DNA from: a virus
Taxonomy: Duplodnaviria > Caudoviricetes
Length of the DNA stretch: 52,603 nucleotides
Virus record (IMG/VR): IMGVR_UViG_3300021475_000018
Coordinates: 1-52,603 of that record
Strand: one strand, 5' to 3'
The position numbers and the translations under genes were made by a program. The notes beneath the pieces are model-generated. The model saw only the letters and a program-made list of their open reading frames with translations. It was not told where the DNA came from and did not search any database. Each line of letters begins with the position of its first letter. Within the stretch, counting starts at the first letter, position 1. Below, piece after piece: positions 19,211-28,631 of this stretch.

Positions 19211-19630
19211 GTACCGTCGCCACGTCGCCGACTTCATTCGCTTTGACCGTCTGAAGCTCGCCTTCCGTGCCGTGGTAAGCGTTGCCGTCGTCCCACCCCT
19301 TGGGGTTAGGCTGGGCTGCCTGCAAAGCGGCGAGAGCTGCGGACCCGGGCGAGGCTTCACAGTAGGCAGCACGCCGGACGCCGTACCGGCCTGCGAAGTA
19401 GGGGGAGCCGCCTGGGTAAACTCCGCCATTTCGTCACGCATTTCCTTCAAGTCGGAAATTTCCGCATCCATAGCGTTTAGATGGGCAGCGCGGGCCTGTC
19501 CGCGGGCTTCTTCCACCTTGGCGCCGTAGGCGATTACTTCGTCGTACATGGCTGCGCTGGCGTCCATCTGCGCCCCAACGACGCCCATAGCTTGACGCCG
19601 TTTAGCCTTCAGTTCCTCTTTGGTCGCCAT
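19200..19630 (-). CDS. hypothetical protein, apparently frameshifted near 19350
   Basis: MATKEELKAK... The -1 frame gives a more protein-like end (SAALAALQAAQPNPKGWDDG...VLKP*), stopping at 19200. Confidence 0.5.
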
Positions 19631-19867
19631 GCGCTGTTTCCTGTATATCCGTATGATTGCGGTCAAGTCGTTAAGCGACACGGCGCGGAAGGGAGCCCGG
19701 CCGGGCGGTCTTAGCACAAACGACGGAGCCGGTTCGGAAGGCACTCGTTTCCGGCTCCGTCGTCCCTGGAGGCTCAAACGCGACTTTTGTAAGACAAATT
19801 TGCCACCGCGTCAACCAAATGCTATAGGTTGCGGGCGGCTAGACCGCATCACAAAGGAGCAATCAAC

Positions 19868-20176
19868 ATGAACCAAACGCAAGTACAGACGACGGCGGCA
19901 CCGCTTATCGCCGTCGCGGCAGGCTACGCGGCAGCGCACGGTTGGCTTGGGCTAGGCCAAGGCGACTGGGGGACCGTCATCACCGCGCTGGGCGCGGCGG
20001 CAGTTGTGCTGTGGCCCGCCCTCGTGACCCGGGCGCAGTCGCTCAAGAACACGGTGGGCAACATGGATCATACGACCGTGGTCACCGACAAAGCGTCGGC
20101 CGACGCCCTGCCCGAAAACAAGTCTGTCGTCGCCGTCACGCCTGAAATCGTCGCGGCGATCAAGAAGGCGCAGTAA
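19868..20176 (+). CDS. putative holin
   Basis: AAGGAG RBS; two TM segments; near the endolysin. Confidence 0.55.
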   Translation: MNQTQVQTTAAPLIAVAAGYAAAHGWLGLGQGDWGTVITALGAAAVVLWPALVTRAQSLKNTVGNMDHTTVVTDKASADALPENKSVVAVTPEIVAAIKKAQ

Positions 20177-20275
20177 GCTTTGTTTGTCAGAGCGCGCCCG
20201 GCAAGCTATCATGCAGCGCCGGGCGCCGCTCGTGTGGGCTCCTTCACGGGTGCGAACTAACGCCATGGGTGCTCG

Positions 20276-21856
20276 GTGACCGTCTACCCCTGGGAGCAGC
20301 CTCCGTCTTTTTATCCGTGGCAGCAACCGCAACCTACGGAAGCGGAGCGCAAAGCGGCGATGCGGGCCAAGCTCCGCGATTTTGATTTCTATCGAGAGCG
20401 GTTCCTGCGCATCCGTCCGCGTGCCGGCGGCGAGCGCATCCCGTTCATTTTGAACAACGCCCAGCGCGTGTTGCATGCGCGTTTGGAAGAAGAGAAGAAG
20501 CGGTTCGGCATGATACGCGCGCTCGTGCCCAAGGCGCGGCGTATGGGCGTAAGCACGTATATTGGTGGACGCAACTTCCATCAAATCGGAACCATGTTCG
20601 GTCGGCGTGCGCAAGTGGTGGCGCACCGCGGCGACAGTGCAGCTAACCTGCATCGTGAAATCAAGGAGTTTGCCAACAGCTTGCCGGGCGCCGTACAGCC
20701 GTCGATTGGTGCCACCAACTCTTATGAAGTGATCTTTGACAAGCTCAAATCGCTTTACAAGGTGGCGTCGGCCGAAGGCGGCGATATTGGCCGTTCCGAC
20801 GATTTCCATAACCTGCATTTGTCGGAAGCCGCTTTCTTTGATAACACGGAAGACCTTTCGTCAGGTTTGCTGCAAACCGTACAAGACTTGCCCGGTACGG
20901 AGATTATAGAAGAGAGCACCGGCAACGGCCAGTCCGGCATGTTTTATAATCAATGCGAGGAAGCGGCGCGGCAGGGCAACAAAGGTCCGTGGCGCATCCA
21001 CTTCTTGCCGTGGCCCGTCATGCCAGAATATCGCCAAACTGTGCCGATCGGCTGGAAAGCACCGCAGGACTTTGAAGAGTACGCGCGCATGCATGGCGTG
21101 GACCGTGAACAACTGCATTGGTTCTGGACCAAGAACTATACGATAGCCGTCATGAACGGCGGGCAACCGGAGAAAATTCACCGGCTCACGCGTCAGGAGT
21201 ATCCGGCCATCTATAGCGAATGTTTCATGGCTGACAGTACGCTTGATTTCTTCCCGGCTTCCACCGTATCCGCGGCAATGGTGCGCAAACCGAACCCGTC
21301 CGCTGGGGCGCTGAAGCTGCTTTGCGTGGACCCAGCCGGTGACGGGCAGGACAAGCCTTTTGTCTGCGATCGGCAAGGCTCCGCGATCGGCGCTAAGGTT
21401 TGGGGCGAGCTGACAAGTCGGGACTACAACGTGCAAGCTGACTGGCTTGTGGCTACGTTTAAACGCTTCGATATGGATGCCATCCTTATTGACGTGACTG
21501 GCACTGGCAAAGGCCTGCTTGATGCCGTGCGGCTCCGCATGCGCGCGTACGGTCCCGAAAAAGTGGTTGCGGTCAACTTTGCCTGGGGTGCTTTGAACGA
21601 TACGTTGTACGGCAACCGACGTGCGGAGCTTCATGATAAATTTCAACGTTTCTTGCAAAGTGACGTGTACATACCGAATGACAAGATGTTGCAGGATGAA
21701 TGCGCCGCTTATAAATGGGGTGTGGGTGGTTGCCGCCGTGACGAAAAAGCGCGGCTGTTCATGACCCCAAAAGAGAAAATTAAAAAGGAGCTGAAGCCTA
21801 CGCGCTCGCCCGACCGTTTGGACGCCTGCGTTGTTTCGATGGCAATGGAGCTTTGA
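20276..21856 (+). CDS. terL: terminase large subunit
   Basis: LNNAQ, PKARRMGVST (Walker A), LHLSEAAF (Walker B), EESTGNG coupling motif; nuclease motifs VDPAGDG and RSPDRLDA. Confidence 0.93.
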   Translation: MTVYPWEQPPSFYPWQQPQPTEAERKAAMRAKLRDFDFYRERFLRIRPRAGGERIPFILNNAQRVLHARLEEEKKRFGMIRALVPKARRMGVSTYIGGRNFHQIGTMFGRRAQVVAHRGDSAANLHREIKEFANSLPGAVQPSIGATNSYEVIFDKLKSLYKVASAEGGDIGRSDDFHNLHLSEAAFFDNTEDLSSGLLQTVQDLPGTEIIEESTGNGQSGMFYNQCEEAARQGNKGPWRIHFLPWPVMPEYRQTVPIGWKAPQDFEEYARMHGVDREQLHWFWTKNYTIAVMNGGQPEKIHRLTRQEYPAIYSECFMADSTLDFFPASTVSAAMVRKPNPSAGALKLLCVDPAGDGQDKPFVCDRQGSAIGAKVWGELTSRDYNVQADWLVATFKRFDMDAILIDVTGTGKGLLDAVRLRMRAYGPEKVVAVNFAWGALNDTLYGNRRAELHDKFQRFLQSDVYIPNDKMLQDECAAYKWGVGGCRRDEKARLFMTPKEKIKKELKPTRSPDRLDACVVSMAMEL

Positions 21857-22229
21857 AGAATAGCGGCCCGCGCGTACGGATGTATGCCAGCATCAGATTG
21901 GATAAAATGTTCTGAATTGCGTAAGCTTCCAGCTCTGAAGACGGCTTGGTTTCGCCCATCTGTTTCCGGATATCCCGCCAGACGTGCATCGCTTCGTGGG
22001 CCAGCAATTCGATAGTTTCTCGCGGGATGCGATCTTGCACGGTGACAATGGCAATCGGCGTTCCCGTGTCTTTCCGTACGAGCAACGACGTAGTGCCAGC
22101 GCTTTCCGGGTAACGCGAAGGCCCGCGGCTCATTTTGGACGTTGCCACTTTCCAAGCCCGCTCGCTGGGGCAAAAAGCATAGCTGTACGGAAACCAACCA
22201 GCCTCAAACCACACAAGTTTATGCTTCAT
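21798..22229 (-). CDS. putative metallopeptidase-fold protein
   Basis: AHEAMH (HExxH) plus a downstream ELEAY. Confidence 0.6.
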   Translation of the reverse strand: MKHKLVWFEAGWFPYSYAFCPSERAWKVATSKMSRGPSRYPESAGTTSLLVRKDTGTPIAIVTVQDRIPRETIELLAHEAMHVWRDIRKQMGETKPSSELEAYAIQNILSNLMLAYIRTRGPLFFKAPLPSKQRRRPNGRASA

Positions 22230-22248
22230 TTCTCCGCGCTCCCCGGGG

Positions 22249-22277
22249 TTGACGTGTACACATTCGTACAGTATGAC
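22249..22277 (+). promoter_or_regulatory. sigma70-like promoter
   Basis: TTGACG-17 nt-TATGAC; TAAGGAG RBS downstream. Confidence 0.6.
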
Positions 22278-22320
22278 GAAGCCGTGTTCAAGCTAACATC
22301 ACCATTAAGGAGCTGATTTT

Positions 22321-22749
22321 ATGGACATCGAAACCGAGTTGTTGGAGGCCAGCGAGCGGGCAACCCCGGAACCGGCGAAGAAGGCCCCCAGGAAGCCGCG
22401 TCCCAGCGAGATTGCGGCCAAGGAAGCAAAGGCCGCAGCGAAAAAGGAACCGGCCGTCAAGGCGAAACCGAAGAAAAAGAAGGCTGCGAAGGCCAAGAAG
22501 AAATTCGTCAAAACGGCGAAAAAGCAGGCGCCGGCTCGCAAGGCGAAGCGCTCGGTTCCGAAGAAGGTCAAGAAGAAGAAGTTCGCCAAGAAGATGGGGA
22601 AGCCGCCCTTGACCGGCCCGGCAGCGCTCACACATCGGCTGGACTTGCGCGTCAACCGCGCCACCAAGGCTCGGGTTACGGCGTACGCGAAGAAGAAGGA
22701 GCAGACCATTTCGGCCGTCGTCATCGGTCTGATTGACAAGCTCAAATAG
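22321..22749 (+). CDS. histone H1-like Lys/Ala-rich protein fused to a C-terminal RHH domain
   Basis: AKKA/PKKK repeats; C-terminal RLDLRVNRATKARVTAYAKKKEQTISAVVIGLI. Confidence 0.7.
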   Translation: MDIETELLEASERATPEPAKKAPRKPRPSEIAAKEAKAAAKKEPAVKAKPKKKKAAKAKKKFVKTAKKQAPARKAKRSVPKKVKKKKFAKKMGKPPLTGPAALTHRLDLRVNRATKARVTAYAKKKEQTISAVVIGLIDKLK

Positions 22750-22817
22750 CTTCGCGCGGTGCTGATACGGTGAAAGCCGCTTTCTCGGTTGAACGGGGGC
22801 TGACCCGGCCGCAAACT

Positions 22818-22851
22818 AAAAGGCTCCGGCGATAAACCGGGGCCTTCTTTT
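22818..22851. terminator. bidirectional intrinsic terminator
   Basis: AAAAGGCTCCGG-loop-CCGGGGCCTTCTTTT between convergent genes. Confidence 0.7.
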
Positions 22852-22869
22852 CACGGAACCGTACGAGCC

Positions 22870-23541
22870 TTACAGGCCGTTGAAGTGCTTCTGAAGCCCG
22901 ACGCGGAAGGTGGTGTCGTCAGGTAGGCCTTGCTGAGCCGGCGAGTTGTAGAGCTGCGCATAGGTGGACCAGCCCGCCGAAACGACATAATCGATTTCCG
23001 CGCCCACGGCCATGACCGAGAGGCCATGACGTTGCACACCGCCAAAAATGAAAGCCGGTGTGGACGCAGCCAAAAAGTTAGCGGACACCAAGTTGAGAAA
23101 GGGATTTTGGGATGCCGCCGGGGCTTGGGTTGCCGATGACGGGAAGAAGTTGTAGCCGAGCTTAATAAACTCAGTCCCGACGAAGTTGCCCCCGGCCGGC
23201 TTTACGCCCGCGGGCGAAAACTCATAACCCCCGGTCAACTCGATACCGGCGAGCCACTGGCCGGTCCAAAGCTGGTAGCCGCCGCCGGCAAAGATATCGA
23301 GCCCATCCGAAAACGCACTGTTGACGCCGTTCGCAAGAATGTTCGGAGTGCCGACGTTGTTCTGAGCCCCCATGCCGAAGCTCGCGAACCAACCGGAACA
23401 GTTGCCGGCGGACTGGCACGGCTGTACGGCGGGAACGGCCGGGGCCTTGACGAAGGTCGCGAGCTTCGGCAAATCGGCAGCAACAGCGGAAGATGCCAGC
23501 GCAGCAAGCGCGACGCCGGCAAGAAGTGCAGATTTGAACAT
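22870..23541 (-). CDS. outer-membrane beta-barrel protein (Omp25/RopB-like porin family)
   Basis: Signal peptide AVA|ADLP...VKAP; GW-type first strand; GGGYQ...G.W..GIE; GAEIDY; FRVGL last strand. Confidence 0.75.
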   Translation of the reverse strand: MFKSALLAGVALAALASSAVAADLPKLATFVKAPAVPAVQPCQSAGNCSGWFASFGMGAQNNVGTPNILANGVNSAFSDGLDIFAGGGYQLWTGQWLAGIELTGGYEFSPAGVKPAGGNFVGTEFIKLGYNFFPSSATQAPAASQNPFLNLVSANFLAASTPAFIFGGVQRHGLSVMAVGAEIDYVVSAGWSTYAQLYNSPAQQGLPDDTTFRVGLQKHFNGL

Positions 23542-23647
23542 GTTTCTAGCTCCTTGTAAGGTTCGAATGAACCGTACCTTTGCTAGCCGGTTTCTTTGCC
23601 TTAATTAAGACCCCCTAACTAGAATGTCGGCGAGTGTTGCTGTACGG

Positions 23648-24205
23648 TTACACCCTAATGCGCCAGCCGTCCCCCGTGAACATGCCTTTCGAGCTGTCTT
23701 TGCCGTCTTTGACGTTCTCGGTGTACTTGCCGTTCAAATCTTTGTTGCGCGGGTCCATGCCGGCGTAGAGACTGCGCAGCGTCCCGCGGTGACGCTTACG
23801 GATATGTTCGCCGATCTTCTTGTGACGCGCCATAAGCACGGGGCGGTAAGCCTTGCCCATCTTATCGGTGCCCGCCACCAAGTCTTGAAACAGTTCCGTC
23901 ATTTCCGGCGCCGTGATGCGCTTCCATCCCTTGTTGTGCGCGTCGGCGACTTCCTGGGGGATTTCGTTGATGATGCGAAACTCGTACTCCGGATACTGAT
24001 CGCGGTTCGGAATGAACAGCTTCAGCGGCCGGTCAAGCACGAGCTGCGCAATGATGCCGTCTACGTCTTGCGCTTCGATAAACGGTGATTTCGGCGTGGC
24101 GTCGCCGGCCCCGGGGGCCTCCGGAATGAACCCCGGCGGATTGGGGCGGAGATTTTCCGGAAGCCCCGCGCCGGGGAACGGGCTCGCTGATTGAAACGGG
24201 TCCAT
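23648..24205 (-). CDS. conserved head-module protein
   Basis: YEFRIIN...GW...VAGT...G...VLM pattern typical of the gene after the scaffold. Confidence 0.6.
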   Translation of the reverse strand: MDPFQSASPFPGAGLPENLRPNPPGFIPEAPGAGDATPKSPFIEAQDVDGIIAQLVLDRPLKLFIPNRDQYPEYEFRIINEIPQEVADAHNKGWKRITAPEMTELFQDLVAGTDKMGKAYRPVLMARHKKIGEHIRKRHRGTLRSLYAGMDPRNKDLNGKYTENVKDGKDSSKGMFTGDGWRIRV

Positions 24206-24208
24206 AGC

Positions 24209-24877
24209 CTACTTCTTCCCTTTGTTGTTCTGATGCGTGCGGTAGTGGCTCGCGAGCGCATCGGTGATGAATTTTTCGCGAACCTCCTTCTTGGCGCCTT
24301 CCGGTACGAACCGATCGGCGGAACGCTTGACTTCCTTCTGGATGTCGGCCGGCGCGTCCGCCAGCTTCGTCCACGGACCGGACTTCGCACGGGTGGCGGA
24401 ACCGCGGCTCAGATCGCCGTCTTTCGGGCCGTCCGTGGCGCGCTGCTTGCTGGGCGCGGGTTTGCTCTCCGCGGCCCCTTCGCCCTCGCCTTCTTCGGCT
24501 GCTTCGCCCTCGTCTTCTTCGGCTGCTTCGCTTGCCGCGGTAGCGGGTTTAAATTCTTCTTCCACCGCTTTGATAACCGCATCGGCCATCGCTTCGGCGC
24601 TGGCAAACTTCTTGGGGTTCATGGTTTTGGCAAACTCGTTTGCCTTGGCGGACTTCTTGGGGTCCACGCCGAGCCACGGCGCTTTCGCTTCCGCGGCAAG
24701 CCACACGTCGTTGTTGGTGAAGGCCACGGCTGGTTTCGGCGCCGTGGCAACGTCAAGCTTCGCGATGTCGTCGGCAAGCTTCCGAGCGGCTGCGGTATCG
24801 CCGGCAGTCACCGCGGCGTCAAGTTGTGACTGCAATCCGTTGCGCGCTTGATCGCGCATCATCATATTCAAATCCAT
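24209..24877 (-). CDS. putative scaffolding protein
   Basis: Helical and charged; W...PWLG motif; acidic linker; located in the portal operon. Confidence 0.55.
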   Translation of the reverse strand: MDLNMMMRDQARNGLQSQLDAAVTAGDTAAARKLADDIAKLDVATAPKPAVAFTNNDVWLAAEAKAPWLGVDPKKSAKANEFAKTMNPKKFASAEAMADAVIKAVEEEFKPATAASEAAEEDEGEAAEEGEGEGAAESKPAPSKQRATDGPKDGDLSRGSATRAKSGPWTKLADAPADIQKEVKRSADRFVPEGAKKEVREKFITDALASHYRTHQNNKGKK

Positions 24878-24889
24878 CTGTACGGCTCC

Positions 24890-25408
24890 TTATTTCTTGT
24901 ACACAACGCGTTCACGGACGCCGGTATCTTCCGGCAGCGGCTTATCGAACAATCCGGGCGGGCTTCCACGCGCCATTTCTTGCGCCGCGGTTTGCAGGTT
25001 GTCCAGCACGCCTGCATCTGTCCATTCCAGCGTTGACGCATCTGGCATCGCCGATGCCGGAATGATCTTGATGACATCTTGGAAGGTGGAGAGGTAGCGC
25101 CACCCGCTGATACTGTTGAGAATGCCCTTGCCGGCTTGGAACATGGTTCCGGCACCCCAGCGTATCAGCACCCAATCGCCGATGTCGGCGCGCTGGCGCT
25201 TCAAGCCTTCGCCGTCTTTGTAGGTGAAGGCCATCGGACCCATGGCACGGATAACGCCGGCTTGCACGCCGTGTTCGCCGAGCTGGCGCGCAAGATCGGG
25301 AATAAGAATACTGCCAACTTTTGACGGCGGGTACGGAATTTGTACGGCGATGATATCGCGGCACGGTTCGCCGGCATCGTGGGGGATGTCGAAACCATAG
25401 ATGCTCAT
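24890..25408 (-). CDS. GroES-like co-chaperonin
   Basis: DIIAVQ...GSILIPD...GVIRAMGP.A......IGDWVL...AGT...DVI, a Cpn10 pattern. Confidence 0.75.
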   Translation of the reverse strand: MSIYGFDIPHDAGEPCRDIIAVQIPYPPSKVGSILIPDLARQLGEHGVQAGVIRAMGPMAFTYKDGEGLKRQRADIGDWVLIRWGAGTMFQAGKGILNSISGWRYLSTFQDVIKIIPASAMPDASTLEWTDAGVLDNLQTAAQEMARGSPPGLFDKPLPEDTGVRERVVYKK

Positions 25409-25641
25409 GCCTTATGCTCCTGTTTTAAGGCGACGGAAAATTCTTTCGCAACAACTTCCGGCGTGCAGCCTAGAAGCTGTTCAATTTCACGAAGGCCCGC
25501 TGCCTTGCCCTGCATCAGGGGGTCCACTGGCCTGCCCGCCAGGAATTGGTACACCGCCTCCCGCTGGCGCTGGCGCAGGAAGTTGAGCAGCAGCTTGGTT
25601 TCCGGACTGGCCAACCATTCCGTCAATTGTAGAGCTAACAT
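25405..25641 (-). CDS. small head-module protein
   Basis: EWLASPET motif; lies between portal and GroES. Confidence 0.55.
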   Translation of the reverse strand: MLALQLTEWLASPETKLLLNFLRQRQREAVYQFLAGRPVDPLMQGKAAGLREIEQLLGCTPEVVAKEFSVALKQEHKA

Positions 25642-27424
25642 CAGCGCTTTCCTGCATCATTTGCTGTACGGCGTGCTCAAGCTGCGCCATCTGCAACAGC
25701 CCTAAACGTTGGTCCTGCATACCGCCGCTAGCTTGTACCATGTTAAGTACGGCTTGTGTCAACTGTTGCGCAACGGCGCCAATAACCTTGATGTTTTCGT
25801 TGCGCTGCTTCAGCATCCCAATCATGCCTTGCATTTTTTCGTGCGGGGTGGCCTGGGGCTGCGGCGGCTGGCCTAGCAGTTTTTCTGGATTGGGAAGCCG
25901 CAGGCATTTGTACAGCCGCATGCGAACTTCGTCCCACTTCGTCATGGGGTCTTTCATCAACTCCATGTAGATGCCGGCAAGCGCGCTGCGCTGCATTTCC
26001 GTCGCCAATTGCGGGTCCGCGGTGACCGCTACGCCGTTGCCATCGGACGGCGAGACGCCACTAGGCAGCATTTCGTAAGCATCAGCCATGACGACGAACA
26101 TGCGAAATTCTTGCGTCAGCATCGCCACAAGCCGGCGATGCACAGCCGATTGCACTTGCCCGCTGCTATCGATGATACCCTTGGCCATCGTTGCCGACAT
26201 CGATGCCGGCGCGTTTTCGAGAAGGTTTAGCGTACCGGCCAAGCGATCGGCTAGCGTAATGATCTTGTCGAGTATTTGTACGGATGATGGCGAAACTTGC
26301 TTCGTTGGGAATTGCGAAAACGTGTCGGATAGCGGCCGTCCATCCGTGGGCAACACGTTAACGCGGTTGGTCTTAAGTTCGATTTTGTCGGGAAGCCCGA
26401 ACGAACTACCTCCCAGCACGCCGCCATCGGATGCGGAGCTTTCCGCGGTGTCGATGATGGCAGCTAGCAACCGATCGGCGGAGCCCTCAACACGGTTTAA
26501 CAGTTTGCCGAAGCCCATCGGAAAGAAACCGCCCTTGGGGTCCGGCAGTAATCGGTACGGATAGAAGCGATGAATGGGGTTGAAAAAAAGCTTTTCGTCA
26601 TCGTCAACCACGGTTTTGCGCGACCAACGCGGCTTGATTTTGACGACTTCCGCCACGTCGTCTTTCGAGATAACGACGGTCCAAGGTTCGTCTACGCCGT
26701 CGCCGTCAAGATCAAGCCAGCAGTCGCATTCGGCGAAATTCTTTGGTGCTTGGGGGTCCGCTTCGTCGAACACCGGACCGTACGAAATCCAATTTTTGCG
26801 CTTTATGGCGCGCTGGATTTCGTACGGGTAACGCTCAAATTCATCGGTGATGCGGGGCGCGCGCTCCACCGAGCGAACGTTTTTGTTGATCTTGACCCGG
26901 GTGCACGGCAGCCATTCGGTATGAAAAGCTTTTTCCACTTCGTCAAAGCTGCGCTTGCGCCACGCGAGCCCGGTAGCTGCCATGTGCACAACTAACGGGT
27001 CTGTGTCCAAAATCCAATTTGGATCGTTTGTACGGACCTGACTGGACACCCAGGAGGCAAGTTTTTCGCCGCCCTCTTCGCTGGAGCGGGCTAGGTCCGG
27101 TTCGCCTAGCAAAGCATCCGTGGCGCGCGCGGAAAACTGGATGACGGCCCCTAGCGTCAATTCGGTTGCTGGCGGTGGTTCCTCCCCCGAGCCTTCTTGT
27201 TCGCGGTTCTGCGGCGTGGCGTTGCCGCTATCTTCGCTGTCCAGCTTGTCAAGGTAGCCTTGGGCCTCCAAAAGCCAGTCCGACATAGAGCTATCGTCAA
27301 TGGCTATCAGTTCCAGAAGGTCGTTTGCGAGGATGCGCCGATCATCCTCCGTCAACTTTTCGGCCACGTTGCCAAAGGTTTCGGGTTTCTTCAGGTCTAG
27401 GTCTAGAACTGTGATTTCGCGCAT
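25487..27424 (-). CDS. portal protein
   Basis: ~645 aa; AVIQFSARA, G.AWRK, LDLDGDGVDEPW.V, F..GFG.LL, AVHRRL, ADP and Gln-rich barrel. Confidence 0.85.
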   Translation of the reverse strand: MREITVLDLDLKKPETFGNVAEKLTEDDRRILANDLLELIAIDDSSMSDWLLEAQGYLDKLDSEDSGNATPQNREQEGSGEEPPPATELTLGAVIQFSARATDALLGEPDLARSSEEGGEKLASWVSSQVRTNDPNWILDTDPLVVHMAATGLAWRKRSFDEVEKAFHTEWLPCTRVKINKNVRSVERAPRITDEFERYPYEIQRAIKRKNWISYGPVFDEADPQAPKNFAECDCWLDLDGDGVDEPWTVVISKDDVAEVVKIKPRWSRKTVVDDDEKLFFNPIHRFYPYRLLPDPKGGFFPMGFGKLLNRVEGSADRLLAAIIDTAESSASDGGVLGGSSFGLPDKIELKTNRVNVLPTDGRPLSDTFSQFPTKQVSPSSVQILDKIITLADRLAGTLNLLENAPASMSATMAKGIIDSSGQVQSAVHRRLVAMLTQEFRMFVVMADAYEMLPSGVSPSDGNGVAVTADPQLATEMQRSALAGIYMELMKDPMTKWDEVRMRLYKCLRLPNPEKLLGQPPQPQATPHEKMQGMIGMLKQRNENIKVIGAVAQQLTQAVLNMVQASGGMQDQRLGLLQMAQLEHAVQQMMQESADVSSTIDGMVGQSGNQAAAQLPAPAPAGGGVPIPGGQASGPPDAGQGSGPS

Positions 27425-27433
27425 GGTGCCCCG

Positions 27434-27460
27434 TGTATGACAAAAGTGTATGACAGTCAA
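27434..27460. promoter_or_regulatory. portal promoter with two TGTATGACA boxes
   Basis: Direct repeats at 27434-27442 and 27447-27455, inside a leftward TTGACT promoter. Confidence 0.6.
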
Positions 27461-27567
27461 GGCGTTACCGTACACTAATTTGACGAAATCCGCAGCATCG
27501 GCTATTTTGTACCAATTCGCACGCGCCGGCCTGCAACGCCGGGGAACCATTGAAAGGGGTTATTCGC

Positions 27568-28500
27568 ATGCAGGTTATCGACCGCTCGCTGCAATCATCG
27601 CAGTACTGGCCCGGGCTGTTCGCGCTGTTCGGCATGGATTACGAACGCCTGTCACCGATCTACAAGCAGTTCTACGACGCCAAGCCCTCGGAAAAGGCGT
27701 TCGAAGAATTTATGACGGAGCGCGCTGGCCTGGGCCTCGCCGTACAGCAACCGGAATTGGAGCCGGTGCAGTTCGACGTTCCCAACGAAGGCTACCGCAC
27801 CCAGGTCACCCACGCGTCGTACGGGCTCGCCGTGGCGATCTCGCGCGAAGCCAAAGACGACAACCTGTACGAGGATGTCGGCGGCCGAATGATGAAAGAG
27901 CTGGCGTTTTCGGCGCGGCAGACGGAAGAGTACATAGCGCATGCTCCGTTGCAGGTCGCGTTCGATGCCGTCAATGGCCTGCGTGCGGATGGCGTGCCGG
28001 TTTGCTCGCCATCGCATCCGACCGCTGTTGGTCTCCAGTCCAACCAGCTCATTTCCGCCAACGCGTCGGAATTGGCATTCGAGAATGCGGTTATCCAGAT
28101 CGCGTATACTCGCAACGGCCGCGGCTTCGTCGTCAACGTCCTGCCCAAGCGCGTCATCACGTCGCCGGAAAACGGTCCGGAAATCCGGCGTATCCTGGGT
28201 TCGCCTTTGCAGTGGAATGCACAGACGAACAATATCAACGTGCTGCGTTCGACCGGCGCACTGCCGGAAGTTATCGAGACGCCCTACTTGGTCGATAAGG
28301 ACAACTACTTCGTCCAGACTTCCGAGCAGGACAAAGACAACGGGCAGGGCTTCACTTTCTGGGAACGTTCGTCGCTGGAAACTCGTGAAGATAGCAACTG
28401 GAGCAATCAGGCGTCCCTGATCGCGATCTGGTTCCGCTGTGCGGCTTCCGTCGTGGACTTCCGCACCGTGTACGGTTCGGCCGGTTCCGACAATCTGTAA
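27568..28500 (+). CDS. major capsid protein
   Basis: PGLFALFG..Y, SEKAFEE, YGLAVAISREA.DDNLY, ADGVPVCSPSHP; strongly biased codons. Confidence 0.88.
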   Translation: MQVIDRSLQSSQYWPGLFALFGMDYERLSPIYKQFYDAKPSEKAFEEFMTERAGLGLAVQQPELEPVQFDVPNEGYRTQVTHASYGLAVAISREAKDDNLYEDVGGRMMKELAFSARQTEEYIAHAPLQVAFDAVNGLRADGVPVCSPSHPTAVGLQSNQLISANASELAFENAVIQIAYTRNGRGFVVNVLPKRVITSPENGPEIRRILGSPLQWNAQTNNINVLRSTGALPEVIETPYLVDKDNYFVQTSEQDKDNGQGFTFWERSSLETREDSNWSNQASLIAIWFRCAASVVDFRTVYGSAGSDNL

Positions 28501-28596
28501 GGGGTTGACGCCCGCTTTGGAGTAGCGTACGTAAGCAGTGTGCGGTGGCATCTTGCTATCGCTGCCCTCCTTGGGCGTTTCCTCCCTATTGACTTG

Positions 28597-28630
28597 GCGG
28601 CCCCGCTGTACGACGCGGGGCCGTTCTTTC
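28597..28630. terminator. terminator hairpin between convergent genes
   Basis: GCGGCCCCGC-TGTACGAC-GCGGGGCCGT-TCTTT. Confidence 0.6.
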
Positions 28631-28631
28631 A

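Noticed and set aside
22755-22812. Hammerhead ribozyme (CTGATA...GAAA)
   Set aside because: The core CUGAUGA and stem II geometry are not satisfied.
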